From positions 211,366 to 275,365 of the forward strand of contig JAHRWA010000010.1 of the NCBI GenBank assembly GCA_019090455.1: a stretch of 64,000 bases of DNA. The letters run 5' to 3'. A program made the position numbers and the translations under genes. Numbering within the stretch: position 1 is the stretch's first letter; the number at the start of each line of letters is the position of its first letter. Shown here in pieces: positions 21,117-31,302 of the stretch. Source of the DNA: Pseudomonadales bacterium (lineage in GTDB: Bacteria; Pseudomonadota; Gammaproteobacteria; Pseudomonadales; DC-out160). The notes below the pieces were generated by a model. That model was not told where the DNA came from, did no database searches, and saw only the letters and a program-made list of their open reading frames with translations.

Positions 21117-23954
21117 TCACTCAATATTAAATGCTTCGTTTAACAGTTTTTCTTGCTGTTCTGCATGTACCGACAAATACCCTGCAGCCGGTGCAGCCGA
21201 CGCTTCTCGACCGGTATAATGTAAATAAACCGAACTTTTGTGCCTTGTAACAACGTGCCTCATATGATGTTGACTGCAATACCAAGCACCCTGATTCATT
21301 GGCTCTTCTTGACACCACACTACATGCTCCAGATTCTCGTATTGACTAATGGCTTGTTGTAGATCCAATTCTGGAAATGGATAAAGTTGTTCGATACGTA
21401 GAATGGCTATGTCAGGACGATTCTCGATTCGACGTTTTTCATACAAGTCATAAAAAACACGTCCTGAACACATAATGAGGCGAGTGACTTTGTCAGAATC
21501 AATATTATCTATTTCTGGAATGACAGTTTCAAAGCTACCTTCAGTTAAATTTTCCAACGACGAAACACATAGCTTATGCCGTAACAGACTCTTGGGCGTC
21601 ATAACTATAAGCGGCTTTCGAAGTGGTCTAATCGCTTGACGTCGCAGTAAATGAAATATTTGTGCTGGTGTACTGGGAACACAGACTTGAATATTTTGCT
21701 CGGCGGACAATTGAAGAAACCGCTCTAACCTCGCTGAAGAATGCTCTGGGCCTTGTCCTTCGTAACCGTGTGGCAGCAACATAACAAGACCACAAACACG
21801 CGACCATTTATGCTCACCCGATGAGATAAACTGATCAATGACGACTTGTGCTCCATTCGCAAAATCACCAAATTGCGCTTCCCAAATAACCAGGCCGTGA
21901 GGGCATGTAGTTGCATATCCATATTCAAAGGCAAGCACAGCTTCCTCTGACAATAAGGAGTCATACATCACCATGCTCGTCCCCTCCTCCGGAATGGATG
22001 AGAGAGGCATATAAGATTCGCCATTTTTCTGATTGTGCAATACAGCGTACCGATGAGAAAACGTTCCTCGCCCACAGTCTTGACCAGTAAACCGTATGCT
22101 GTGTCCTTCTGACAACAAACTAGCGTAAGCTGCTATCTCCGCATAACCCCAGTTAATTTCCGACGCACCCGCAGTCATTTTTCGGCGGTCTTCCATAATC
22201 TTCGCTACTTGTCGTTGTAACACGAAGCCATCAGGCAGCGCATCTAGCTTCTGCGCCAATTCCTGCAAACGCTTTAGATCGAATTTAGTGTTAGCGCTAG
22301 AGATCCAATCGTGCCCAATGAAGGGAGACCAATCTACAAACAACTCTTCATTAGGCTCTCGTACTAGACTTTTCGCGACGTGCTGACCATCGTCCAGTGC
22401 TTCACGAAAGTCATTCATCATGTCGGTAATTTGCTTCTCAGAGAGCACGCCCTCTACAATTAATCGGTCAGAGTACAGTTTTCTCACCGTTTGCTGTTTC
22501 TTTATCGCTTGATACATCAGTGGTTGAGTACCAGACGGCTCGTCGGTTTCATTGTGGCCCGATCGTCGATAGCAAATCAGATCAATAACAACGTCTTTCT
22601 TATACTGCATTCGAAAATCAACAGCCATCTGTGTCACAAATATGACGGCTTCAGGGTCATCGCCATTGACATGAAAAATAGGCGCCTGAACCATTTTCGC
22701 TACATCAGTACAATACTCTGTTGAGCGCGCATCATCTTGGCGGCTAGTCGTAAACCCGACTTGATTATTAATGATGATATGTATCGTTCCCCCGGTACGA
22801 AATCCACGGGTTTGTGACATTTGAAAAGTTTCCATGACCACACCCTGGCCAGCAAAAGCAGCATCACCATGCAAGATCACTGGGACAACAACATCCCCCT
22901 CACTATCATTACGCCTATCTTGTCGCGCTCTTACAGAACCTTCTACGACAGGTCCAACTATTTCCAAATGAGAAGGGTTAAATGCCAAAGCCAGATGGAC
23001 TTCTCCGCCCGGCGTCGTTACATTCGATGAGAATCCTTGATGATATTTCACATCACCGGATCCACTAGCCGCAAAACTCTTACCTTCAAACTCTTCAAAC
23101 AAATCCGAAGGGTTTTTCCCTAAAATATTGACGAGTAGATTTAATCGTCCTCGATGAGCCATACCCATCACTATTTCTTTTACTTCATATCCACCCACAC
23201 GCTGTATCATTTCATCGATAAGTGGGATGAGGGCATCGGCTCCTTCTAATCCAAAACGTTTATATCCTGGATACTTTGAAGCTAATGATTTTTCTAACCC
23301 TTCCGCAGCAGTTAAACGTTCTAATATATGAATTTTGACGGTGTCACTGTAATCAGGATGGGATCGAACGGACTCCATCCGCTGTTGAATCCAGCGTTTT
23401 TCTTCCGTATCGACAATGTGCATATATTCAACGCCGATACTAGTACAATAAGTACTTTCCATCGCCGTAATTATTTGACTTAGAGTCGCTTCCTCTCGGC
23501 CAATAAACAAACTCCCGGTATTGAAGGTAGTTTCATCATCAGCGATGGATAGACCATGATGGGAAAGTTCTAAATCAGGTACCTGTTCTCGAGCCATGAG
23601 ATCGAGCGGATCTAATGCCGCTCGTTGGTGCCCTCTAACGCGATAAGCGGTAATGAGCTGAAGCACTTTAACTTGCTTTTTTTCATGTTCAGTAGTCACT
23701 GAAGAAATCGCAATCGGTTGAACCCGATTACTATTTTTCGCTAAATAGAGGAAATGTTCACGAACAGTGGAGTGCGGTACATCTTGATTAATATTCCCAT
23801 CGACCTTCGGAAGCTTATCAAATATCTCGCGCCAATCCTCGGACACGGAATTGGGATCGAGTAGATAGGATTCAAAAAGTTCTTCGACATAGTGTGCATT
23901 CCCACCAAAAAGATGAGACGAACGCCACTGCCGATACATCAAACCGTCAGCCAT
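21117..23954 (-). CDS. sucA: 2-oxoglutarate dehydrogenase E1 component
   Basis: 945 aa. Reads as a typical SucA over its full length, ThDP-dependent, and sits between sdhB and sucB. Confidence 0.96.
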   Translation of the reverse strand: MADGLMYRQWRSSHLFGGNAHYVEELFESYLLDPNSVSEDWREIFDKLPKVDGNINQDVPHSTVREHFLYLAKNSNRVQPIAISSVTTEHEKKQVKVLQLITAYRVRGHQRAALDPLDLMAREQVPDLELSHHGLSIADDETTFNTGSLFIGREEATLSQIITAMESTYCTSIGVEYMHIVDTEEKRWIQQRMESVRSHPDYSDTVKIHILERLTAAEGLEKSLASKYPGYKRFGLEGADALIPLIDEMIQRVGGYEVKEIVMGMAHRGRLNLLVNILGKNPSDLFEEFEGKSFAASGSGDVKYHQGFSSNVTTPGGEVHLALAFNPSHLEIVGPVVEGSVRARQDRRNDSEGDVVVPVILHGDAAFAGQGVVMETFQMSQTRGFRTGGTIHIIINNQVGFTTSRQDDARSTEYCTDVAKMVQAPIFHVNGDDPEAVIFVTQMAVDFRMQYKKDVVIDLICYRRSGHNETDEPSGTQPLMYQAIKKQQTVRKLYSDRLIVEGVLSEKQITDMMNDFREALDDGQHVAKSLVREPNEELFVDWSPFIGHDWISSANTKFDLKRLQELAQKLDALPDGFVLQRQVAKIMEDRRKMTAGASEINWGYAEIAAYASLLSEGHSIRFTGQDCGRGTFSHRYAVLHNQKNGESYMPLSSIPEEGTSMVMYDSLLSEEAVLAFEYGYATTCPHGLVIWEAQFGDFANGAQVVIDQFISSGEHKWSRVCGLVMLLPHGYEGQGPEHSSARLERFLQLSAEQNIQVCVPSTPAQIFHLLRRQAIRPLRKPLIVMTPKSLLRHKLCVSSLENLTEGSFETVIPEIDNIDSDKVTRLIMCSGRVFYDLYEKRRIENRPDIAILRIEQLYPFPELDLQQAISQYENLEHVVWCQEEPMNQGAWYCSQHHMRHVVTRHKSSVYLHYTGREASAAPAAGYLSVHAEQQEKLLNEAFNIE

Positions 23955-24115
23955 CGCAGTTTACCTTAATTTATGTCAATTGAACTTCTGCGCGCAAAGG
24001 AACAGAGCGGGTAATAAAACACGCTCTAAAATAACAGTAGCAGCTCTTTTAAAAAAACGAGAACTCTACTGTTTATGTTAGTGTTTTTAATATCACAATG
24101 AACGTGAACAGCCGC

Positions 24116-24823
24116 CTAAACACCCTGCTGAAGTAGCATTTTACGAATATGGCCAATCGCCTTTGTTGGATTTAATCCTTTAGGGCAGACATCAACGCAA
24201 TTCATAATACCGCGGCACCTAAACAAGCTGAAAGGATCATTCAGATCGGCCAATCGTTCACTAGTCGCAGTATCCCGACTATCAATTAAGAATCGATATG
24301 CCTGCAGTAGGCCAGAGGGTCCTACAAATTTATCGGGGTTCCACCAGAATGACGGACAAGCGGTGGAGCAGCACGCACAGAGAATACACTCGTACAGCCC
24401 ATCCAATTTATCTCGCTCTTCTGGTGATTGAAGCCTTTCAATGGCAGGGGCAGGCGTATCATTAATCAGATAAGGTTTAATTTTTTCGTATTGCTGATAG
24501 AACAGGGTCAAGTCAACAACCAAATCACGAATGACAGGTAAGCCTGGCAATGGCCTGACAACCAGTGGCTTATTTCCTTTAACTACATCCGATATTGCCG
24601 TGACGCAAGCAAGACCGTTCTTTCCATTTATATTCATGCCATCAGAGCCGCACACACCTTCACGGCAAGAGCGGCGGTAAGACAACGTTGGGTCTTGCTC
24701 TTTAATTAAACTCAAAACATCTAAAACCATCAAGTCTTTACCACCGGTATCAACTTGGTAGTCCTTCATATGAGGTTCGGAATCGATCTCTGGATTGTAT
24801 CGGTAAATACTTACCTTAAGCAT
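24116..24823 (-). CDS. sdhB: Succinate dehydrogenase iron-sulfur subunit
   Basis: 235 aa. Cys clusters CREGVCGSDGMNINGKNGLAC, CILCACCSTACP and CRGIMNCVDVCP. Confidence 0.96.
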   Translation of the reverse strand: MLKVSIYRYNPEIDSEPHMKDYQVDTGGKDLMVLDVLSLIKEQDPTLSYRRSCREGVCGSDGMNINGKNGLACVTAISDVVKGNKPLVVRPLPGLPVIRDLVVDLTLFYQQYEKIKPYLINDTPAPAIERLQSPEERDKLDGLYECILCACCSTACPSFWWNPDKFVGPSGLLQAYRFLIDSRDTATSERLADLNDPFSLFRCRGIMNCVDVCPKGLNPTKAIGHIRKMLLQQGV

Positions 24824-24849
24824 TGTCTAAAGCCACCCTTAAACGGAGA

Positions 24850-26625
24850 TTAATAGGTTCTGATTTTTGGCTGAAATGTGTCGACTTGTTTCGGGGAAAA
24901 GTTGACATCACGCTTGCCCAGTTTTTTTGTGGTTGGATCATAAATGGAATGCACTAACCAGTTTTCATCATCTCGATCAGGGTAATCATATCGAGAGTGG
25001 GCACCACGACTTTCTGTTCTGGCTTCCGCAGCTATTGCCGTAGCCTCAGCAACTTCTAATAAGTTATCCAGCTCTAGCGCTTCAATTCTCGCAGTATTAT
25101 AGGCACTACTCTTATCAGTGAGATGTCCATTTGCAATTCGTTCTCGAATGTCCGCCAATTTCGCAACACCTTCTTGCATCAAGTCGCCTTTTCGAAATAC
25201 CCCAAAATGATTTTGCATAGTCATTTGGAGATCTTTTCTTAATGTGGGGATATCTTCGCCGCTTTTTGACACTTCCCAACGATTCAGACGTGTTTCAGCT
25301 GATTCCATATCAGATGCAGACACATCTCTATGCTCTATTCCGTCTTTGAGTGCTTTCTCGATATAGATACCGGCAGCTCGCCCAAATACCACGAGATCCA
25401 GAAGTGAGTTACCACCTAGTCTATTTGCACCATGGACAGACACACAGGCCACCTCACCGACAGCGAATAACCCATCAATCACTTTATCATTACCGTCAGC
25501 ATCAACGGATAACGCTTGCCCATTAATATTTGTTGGAATACCACCCATCATATAGTGGCATGTAGGAACCACTGGAACGGGTTCCTTAACTGGATCGGCT
25601 TGAGCAAAGGTAATTGAAAGCTCACAAATACCAGGTAGCCTCTTATGTAAAACATCTGCACCTAAGTGATCCAATTTAAGATAGACGTGATCCCCGTCCG
25701 GCCCACAACCTCGGCCGTCGAGTATCTCCATCATCATAGAGCGCGCAACTACGTCACGCCCTGCAAGATCTTTTGCATTTGGCGCGTAACGCTCCATAAA
25801 ACGTTCGCCATCTTTATTAACAAGATAACCACCTTCGCCGCGACACCCTTCTGTGACCAATACACCCGCACCTGCGATACCTGTGGGGTGAAACTGCCAC
25901 ATTTCTATATCTTGAACAGGGAAGCCAGCTCGTAAAGCCATGCCAACACCATCACCTGTATTGATGAGTGCATTTGTCGTAGAAGAATAGATACGACCTG
26001 ATCCGCCAGTTGCCATCACCGTCGCTTTTGATTTAAAGAAAACAAATTCACCGGTTTCAATACTGCAAGCTATAACACCACAGATGGCATTATCCTGATT
26101 CTTGACTAATTCTACGGCGTACCACTCGTTAAAGAACACCGTATTGTGCATTAGGTTTTGCTGATAAAGCGTATGAAGAAGAGCATGACCCGTTCTATCG
26201 GCAGCAGCACAAGTTCTAGCTGCCTGCCCACCTTCACCAAAATTCTTAGACTGACCGCCAAAAGGCCTTTGATAAATACGCCCTTCTTCAGTTCGAGAAA
26301 AAGGCATACCCATATGATCTAACTCATACACAGCCTCGGGTCCTACATTACACATATACTCGATCGCATCTTGATCTCCAATGTAATCGGAACCTTTAAC
26401 GGTATCGTACATATGCCAACGCCAATCATCATTGGGATCATCGCTAGCAATCGCACATGTAATTCCACCTTGTGCAGAAACAGTATGGGATCGAGTAGGA
26501 AATACCTTAGATATTAAAGCTGTCTTTTGGCCAGACTGCGCTAACTGAAGCGCTGCTCGCATTCCAGCACCACCACCTCCAACAATAACCGCATCATACG
26601 TGACCGTTCGAATATTAGTCATCAA
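24850..26625 (-). CDS. sdhA: Succinate dehydrogenase flavoprotein subunit
   Basis: 591 aa. FAD-binding [10 protein letters not shown] and the covalent-FAD His region [10 protein letters not shown]. Confidence 0.96.
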   Translation of the reverse strand: MMTNIRTVTYDAVIVGGGGAGMRAALQLAQSGQKTALISKVFPTRSHTVSAQGGITCAIASDDPNDDWRWHMYDTVKGSDYIGDQDAIEYMCNVGPEAVYELDHMGMPFSRTEEGRIYQRPFGGQSKNFGEGGQAARTCAAADRTGHALLHTLYQQNLMHNTVFFNEWYAVELVKNQDNAICGVIACSIETGEFVFFKSKATVMATGGSGRIYSSTTNALINTGDGVGMALRAGFPVQDIEMWQFHPTGIAGAGVLVTEGCRGEGGYLVNKDGERFMERYAPNAKDLAGRDVVARSMMMEILDGRGCGPDGDHVYLKLDHLGADVLHKRLPGICELSITFAQADPVKEPVPVVPTCHYMMGGIPTNINGQALSVDADGNDKVIDGLFAVGEVACVSVHGANRLGGNSLLDLVVFGRAAGIYIEKALKDGIEHRDVSASDMESAETRLNRWEVSKSGEDIPTLRKDLQMTMQNHFGVFRKGDLMQEGVAKLADIRERIANGHLTDKSSAYNTARIEALELDNLLEVAEATAIAAEARTESRGAHSRYDYPDRDDENWLVHSIYDPTTKKLGKRDVNFSPKQVDTFQPKIRTY

Positions 26626-26976
26626 TTACACACTCCACAATATTTGAAAAGCCCATATAACATAAACAAATGTCGCCACTCCACACGCGATTAGATATAT
26701 CGCTCGTATCAACAATGGCTTGATATAATCAGTGGCTATTGTCCAGAGGCCGATCCAAGCGTGAGCCGCAATTGAGATCACGGCTAACAATGTAAAAATC
26801 TTCAAAGGCAAGCATGACATGAATTCTTTCCACGTTTCATAACTTGCTTCAGAAGCACAAAAGAAATAGCTCGCAATCACTACTACATAAACAGCCAATA
26901 ATACTGCAGTGAATCGTTGAATTATCCAATCTGACATTCCACTACGGCTTAAATTAGTAACCGTTACCATATCCAA
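26626..26976 (-). CDS. sdhD: Succinate dehydrogenase hydrophobic anchor subunit
   Basis: 116 aa, three TM helices, positioned between sdhC and sdhA. Confidence 0.85.
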   Translation of the reverse strand: MDMVTVTNLSRSGMSDWIIQRFTAVLLAVYVVVIASYFFCASEASYETWKEFMSCLPLKIFTLLAVISIAAHAWIGLWTIATDYIKPLLIRAIYLIACGVATFVYVIWAFQILWSV

Positions 26977-27359
26977 ACTCCTGCCGCTAATATAAGGACC
27001 GCCGATATTCCCAAAGTGAGAAATGCAAGTCGTCGCGCGCCCTCGAGGCTTTCACCAATACCCACATCTATTATTAGATGCTTAATACCAGCCACAAAAT
27101 GATAAATCAGGCCGGCCATAATCACCCAAAGAATCAATTTTGCAAACGTTCCGCTCAACAGAATTTGCAATGCATCATAGGACTGTTGCGAGGCAAGTGA
27201 CTCTTGTAATACCCAAAGCACAACAGGGATTGCAAGAAAAAGTACGAATCCACTAATTCGATGCGGCATGGATGCCATTGCCGTTATCGGCCATCGAAAA
27301 GAGGCTAAATCTAAGTTAACTGGTCGTTTGTCAATCACGGTTTCATGACGTCCTTTCAT
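26964..27359 (-). CDS. sdhC: Succinate dehydrogenase cytochrome b556 subunit
   Basis: 131 aa. KRPVNLDL...MPHRISG signature, three TM helices, first gene of the sdh operon. Confidence 0.85.
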   Translation of the reverse strand: MKGRHETVIDKRPVNLDLASFRWPITAMASMPHRISGFVLFLAIPVVLWVLQESLASQQSYDALQILLSGTFAKLILWVIMAGLIYHFVAGIKHLIIDVGIGESLEGARRLAFLTLGISAVLILAAGVWIW

Positions 27360-27849
27360 AGAGCCCTAGTAAGGGGCAAGTCGCTGAAGGAATGCACTGG
27401 AATCTATCAAAAACACCCATTTTCTCCTGAGAAAAGAATGTTTTAGTTCCCTTACAAAATTTCCCGCGAAGTATAATCCTATCATTAAGGTATTACAAAC
27501 CGGCATTCATCCAATCTGATATGAATGACTTTCTTTTCATTAATTTATCTTTTCCCTATAAATTAATGAAAATCTCACAAGTGAATTCGTCTATACTCTT
27601 CGCATGTTTGCTGAGTTTAAAAACAGGACTCAACTTCCTTTTGTAAGATCCGCATCTATTTCACTAATGAGTACGAAATACCTAATCGTCGACGAATAAA
27701 GCACAGCCTTTGCGGTTATTTTTAATACATATAAAGGGGATTTGACGATGGACCTTCGTTTTCATTTGACAAACCAAAGCTAGATCATTACTTTTTGCGC
27801 TGCCTAAAGTACGAGTCAATTTCGCAGCTGTTCGAAACAGGAGAAAAAC

Positions 27850-29136
27850 ATGGTTGATAAGAAAGCCCAATTAAAACTAGAGGGCGGAAAAAAAACCCTT
27901 GAGCTTCCAATATACAGCGGCACACTGGGACCCGACGTGGTTGATGTCCGATCACTAACAGCTGAAGGTGTATTTACATATGACCCCGGCTTTGTTTCTA
28001 CAGCCTCCTGCGAGTCAAAAATCACCTTCATCGATGGCGGTAAAGGAGTTTTATTACATCGCGGTTATCCAATTGACCAACTAGCCAATAATTCAGACTA
28101 TCTAGAAACCTGCTACCTGCTTTTATACGGTGAGTTACCCACTAAAGAGCAAAAAGAAAAATTCGATGACACTATCATGAATCACACGATGATACATGAG
28201 CAATTAACGCATTTTTATAATGGCTTTCGCCGAGATGCCCACCCTATGGCGGTCATGTGCGGAGTCGTTGGCGCTTTATCCGCCTTTTATCACGACTCTC
28301 TTGATATCGATGATGAACGACATCGAGAAATAGCGGCATTTAGACTAATCGCGAAAATGCCCACTCTTGCCGCCATGTGTTACAAGTACGTCATTGGCCA
28401 ACCGTTTATGTACCCTCGCAACGATTTAGATTATTCCTCAAACTTCTTACATATGATGTTTGGTGTCCCTTCAGAGGAGACCGTAATCAACCCCATCATA
28501 GCGAAAGCAATGGATAAAATATTTATCCTACACGCAGATCATGAGCAAAACGCTTCTACATCAACAGTAAGGTTAGCCGGATCATCCGGAGCTAATCCGT
28601 TTGCTTGCATAGCTGCTGGTATTGCAGCGCTCTGGGGGCCATCACACGGGGGTGCCAACGAAGCCGTACTCAATATGCTTGATGAAATTGGTGATGTATC
28701 CAATGTTGAAAAATTCATTGCTAAAGCCAAAGACAAAAATGACCCTTTCAGGTTAATGGGCTTCGGACATCGCGTTTATAAAAACTTTGACCCTCGTGCA
28801 AAAGTCATGCGAGAGACATGTCATGATGTACTAAAAGAGTTAGGCACTGACGACCCAATGCTAGAATTAGCAATGAAACTTGAAGACATTGCCCTATCTG
28901 ACAGCTACTTTATTGAGAAAAAACTTTATCCAAACGTAGACTTCTATTCAGGCATCATACTCAAAGCTATTGGTATTCCCACTAGTATGTTCACAGTCAT
29001 CTTTGCTTTGGCACGAACAGTAGGATGGATTGCACACTGGAATGAAATGATTAGCGGCCCCTACAAAATTGGTCGGCCTCGCCAGCTCTATACTGGCGCA
29101 GCCAAAAGGGATCATGTTTCTATTGAAGACCGTTAG
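27850..29136 (+). CDS. gltA: Citrate synthase (type II)
   Basis: 428 aa. Motifs [11 protein letters not shown] and GFGHRVYK. Divergent from sdhC, as in other gammaproteobacteria. Confidence 0.96.
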   Translation: MVDKKAQLKLEGGKKTLELPIYSGTLGPDVVDVRSLTAEGVFTYDPGFVSTASCESKITFIDGGKGVLLHRGYPIDQLANNSDYLETCYLLLYGELPTKEQKEKFDDTIMNHTMIHEQLTHFYNGFRRDAHPMAVMCGVVGALSAFYHDSLDIDDERHREIAAFRLIAKMPTLAAMCYKYVIGQPFMYPRNDLDYSSNFLHMMFGVPSEETVINPIIAKAMDKIFILHADHEQNASTSTVRLAGSSGANPFACIAAGIAALWGPSHGGANEAVLNMLDEIGDVSNVEKFIAKAKDKNDPFRLMGFGHRVYKNFDPRAKVMRETCHDVLKELGTDDPMLELAMKLEDIALSDSYFIEKKLYPNVDFYSGIILKAIGIPTSMFTVIFALARTVGWIAHWNEMISGPYKIGRPRQLYTGAAKRDHVSIEDR

Positions 29137-29191
29137 AACATCAGAAGACCGTTAGGATATTGAAAACTAATCTCTGACAATTTTAGAAAAT

Positions 29192-29221
29192 AAAAAAAGG
29201 CTACCCAGGTAGCCTTTTTTT
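29192..29221. terminator. Bidirectional Rho-independent terminator
   Basis: aaaaaaaGGCTACCcaGGTAGCCttttttt, between convergent gltA (+) and the S8 protease gene (-). Confidence 0.75.
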
Positions 29222-29222
29222 A

Positions 29223-31088
29223 TTAATTAGCCCTTCTAAACCCTATCAAGCCCAACAGACTCAACAACCAAAACATAGCGCCACCAAATATTTTCGTAGA
29301 CTGATCATTAGTTTGATCAAAGTCTTGAACATCACTGAACACTAACGCTGAATAACTTTTTCTCCGACTGGTTGTCACCACGTCTATTGCTATGTCTATC
29401 GACTCCCCGACCTCCATAGTACCCAAATCGCAAATTGAACCCTCTTCATTACAAACACCTTGCTGAGATTCAATCACATTTACTATGTCACCAGCAGGAT
29501 AAACAAGATCAACAGCGACATTTATGGCGACTTGAGGCCCAAGGTTAGTCACCTTGGCAATATAATAAACTCGGCCTTCACTTGAAAATAGGCTTTCTCT
29601 TTTGAACTTGCCATCATTACCTACTAACTCCACGGCCAAATTTGCTTGATCTTGAGCTAGAATATCGCCATTAACTAGCAAGGACGCTTGGGCTGCATCT
29701 ACAACTCCAAACCCACAACCTTCGCAGGTACCAGGAAACGGCCTAGCGGTTTCTTTTAACGTTGTTTCAACTTCATCTGGTGTGAGTTCATTATTAATTC
29801 CAAACAAAAGCGCAACCGTACCCGTCACGTGCGGCGTCGCCATACTGGTTCCTTGATAATAAACGTAATTATCGACACCAGGCTGATCACTGCCATCATT
29901 TGCAAGTGAGAGAATTCCATTGGAGTCACTTGAGAAATCCTGCTCTCCCCCTGGTGCTGCTATATCAACTGCATTCCCAAAATTAGAATACACAGCTTTC
30001 TCACCTATTCGATTTGTAGCCGCTACGGTAATAACACCGGTACAGTTTCCCGGTGAATAGCTATCAGCGTTAGCCTCGTTATTTCCTGCAGCTACGATAA
30101 CTACCGCGCCGGCCGCTCTCGCATCTTCAATTGCATCACGATAGGTATTAGAACACGCTGCCGGCTCACTACTGCTTAGGCTTAAATTAATAACTTTCAC
30201 CGGATTAATATTATTCGGTACACCGGCAATGGGCATCCCGACAGCCCAACGAATCGCATCTGCAATATCGGAAGTAAAACCACCACATTTTCCAAGTACT
30301 CTCAAAGGCAATACTTTCGCATTGGGGGCAACACCGGAAACGCCCACATTATTATCGAATACAGCAGCAACAGTTCCAGTAACATGTGTCCCGTGCCAAC
30401 TGCTATTTGTAGACTCTTCTGGAATACCGTTTCCGCATTCGCCAGCGTTCATCGCATCACCTGGATCAGTGGGATCACCATCCCGACCGTCTCCATCGTT
30501 ACCGAAAAATGAAGTCGATACGAAATCATAACCGGGTAAAATATTGTCAACGATATCTTCATGAGGCCTATACCCAGTATCCAATATACCTACCACCACA
30601 CCAGTGGCTAACGTTAAATCCCAAGCTTGCGGTAAATTTATTCCACCAACAGCCTCATAGTAATGCCATTGATCGCTGTATAGTGGATCATTAGGAACAA
30701 ACTGTGGCCACATAATAAGATCTAATTCAACATACTCGACTAAGTCATCTTGCTCCAACTCTCTGACAAGTGCTTCGAGATCTGATCTAGTGGTATCAGG
30801 ATTAACATTCAGTACCTGCTCTCCGCCACTCAGTGATCGGACTCGCGCTAGGGGAATTGATGTCTTTAAGGTAAGTCCAAGCGCCATATCTGCAGTCGAC
30901 GCTCCAGACTGCTGCGTCGCAGTTTCTTTAAACTTAACAATAAGTTGTTTGCTAATCTCGGCCCTGATCGATTGACTGCAAAACAAAAGAACGATAGTTG
31001 TTAGGGAGGCTAATAGGACGCTGGAAGGAGTGTAATCCCATCTAACTGATGGACTCACATTTATCGTAAGGTGTTTGGCTCTTAACAT
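29223..31088 (-). CDS. Secreted subtilisin-like serine protease (peptidase S8) with a GlyGly-CTERM-like sorting tail
   Basis: 621 aa with a signal peptide and an I9-like propeptide (LIVKFKE). Catalytic triad contexts GILDTGY, WHGTHVTGTVAA and GTSMATPHVTG. The C-terminus FGGAMFWLLSLLGLIGFRRAN has a GG motif, a TM helix and a basic end. Confidence 0.9.
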   Translation of the reverse strand: MLRAKHLTINVSPSVRWDYTPSSVLLASLTTIVLLFCSQSIRAEISKQLIVKFKETATQQSGASTADMALGLTLKTSIPLARVRSLSGGEQVLNVNPDTTRSDLEALVRELEQDDLVEYVELDLIMWPQFVPNDPLYSDQWHYYEAVGGINLPQAWDLTLATGVVVGILDTGYRPHEDIVDNILPGYDFVSTSFFGNDGDGRDGDPTDPGDAMNAGECGNGIPEESTNSSWHGTHVTGTVAAVFDNNVGVSGVAPNAKVLPLRVLGKCGGFTSDIADAIRWAVGMPIAGVPNNINPVKVINLSLSSSEPAACSNTYRDAIEDARAAGAVVIVAAGNNEANADSYSPGNCTGVITVAATNRIGEKAVYSNFGNAVDIAAPGGEQDFSSDSNGILSLANDGSDQPGVDNYVYYQGTSMATPHVTGTVALLFGINNELTPDEVETTLKETARPFPGTCEGCGFGVVDAAQASLLVNGDILAQDQANLAVELVGNDGKFKRESLFSSEGRVYYIAKVTNLGPQVAINVAVDLVYPAGDIVNVIESQQGVCNEEGSICDLGTMEVGESIDIAIDVVTTSRRKSYSALVFSDVQDFDQTNDQSTKIFGGAMFWLLSLLGLIGFRRAN

Positions 31089-31200
31089 AATGATTTACCC
31101 TTATTATTAATTTTTTTGGGCTGGGTATTATTGGGGACTAAATACAGAGGCAATTATAAAGCCGCTTCCATTCAACTTTAGCCCGTAGGCATTCTCAAAC

Positions 31201-31233
31201 TAAAAATAACATATCCTTAAAACTAAGGATATG
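31201..31233 (-). terminator. Probable Rho-independent terminator of the Hsp70-like operon
   Basis: Perfect 10-bp stem catatcctta-aaac-taaggatatg. On the minus strand it is followed by TTATTTTTAG. It lies 70 nt downstream of the 954-aa gene stop. Confidence 0.55.
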
Positions 31234-31302
31234 AAGGTTACAATTTTAGATTTTTTGGGTTTACGTATAGATACCTTAGTCGCATTCTTACTAGCCAAGG
31301 CA

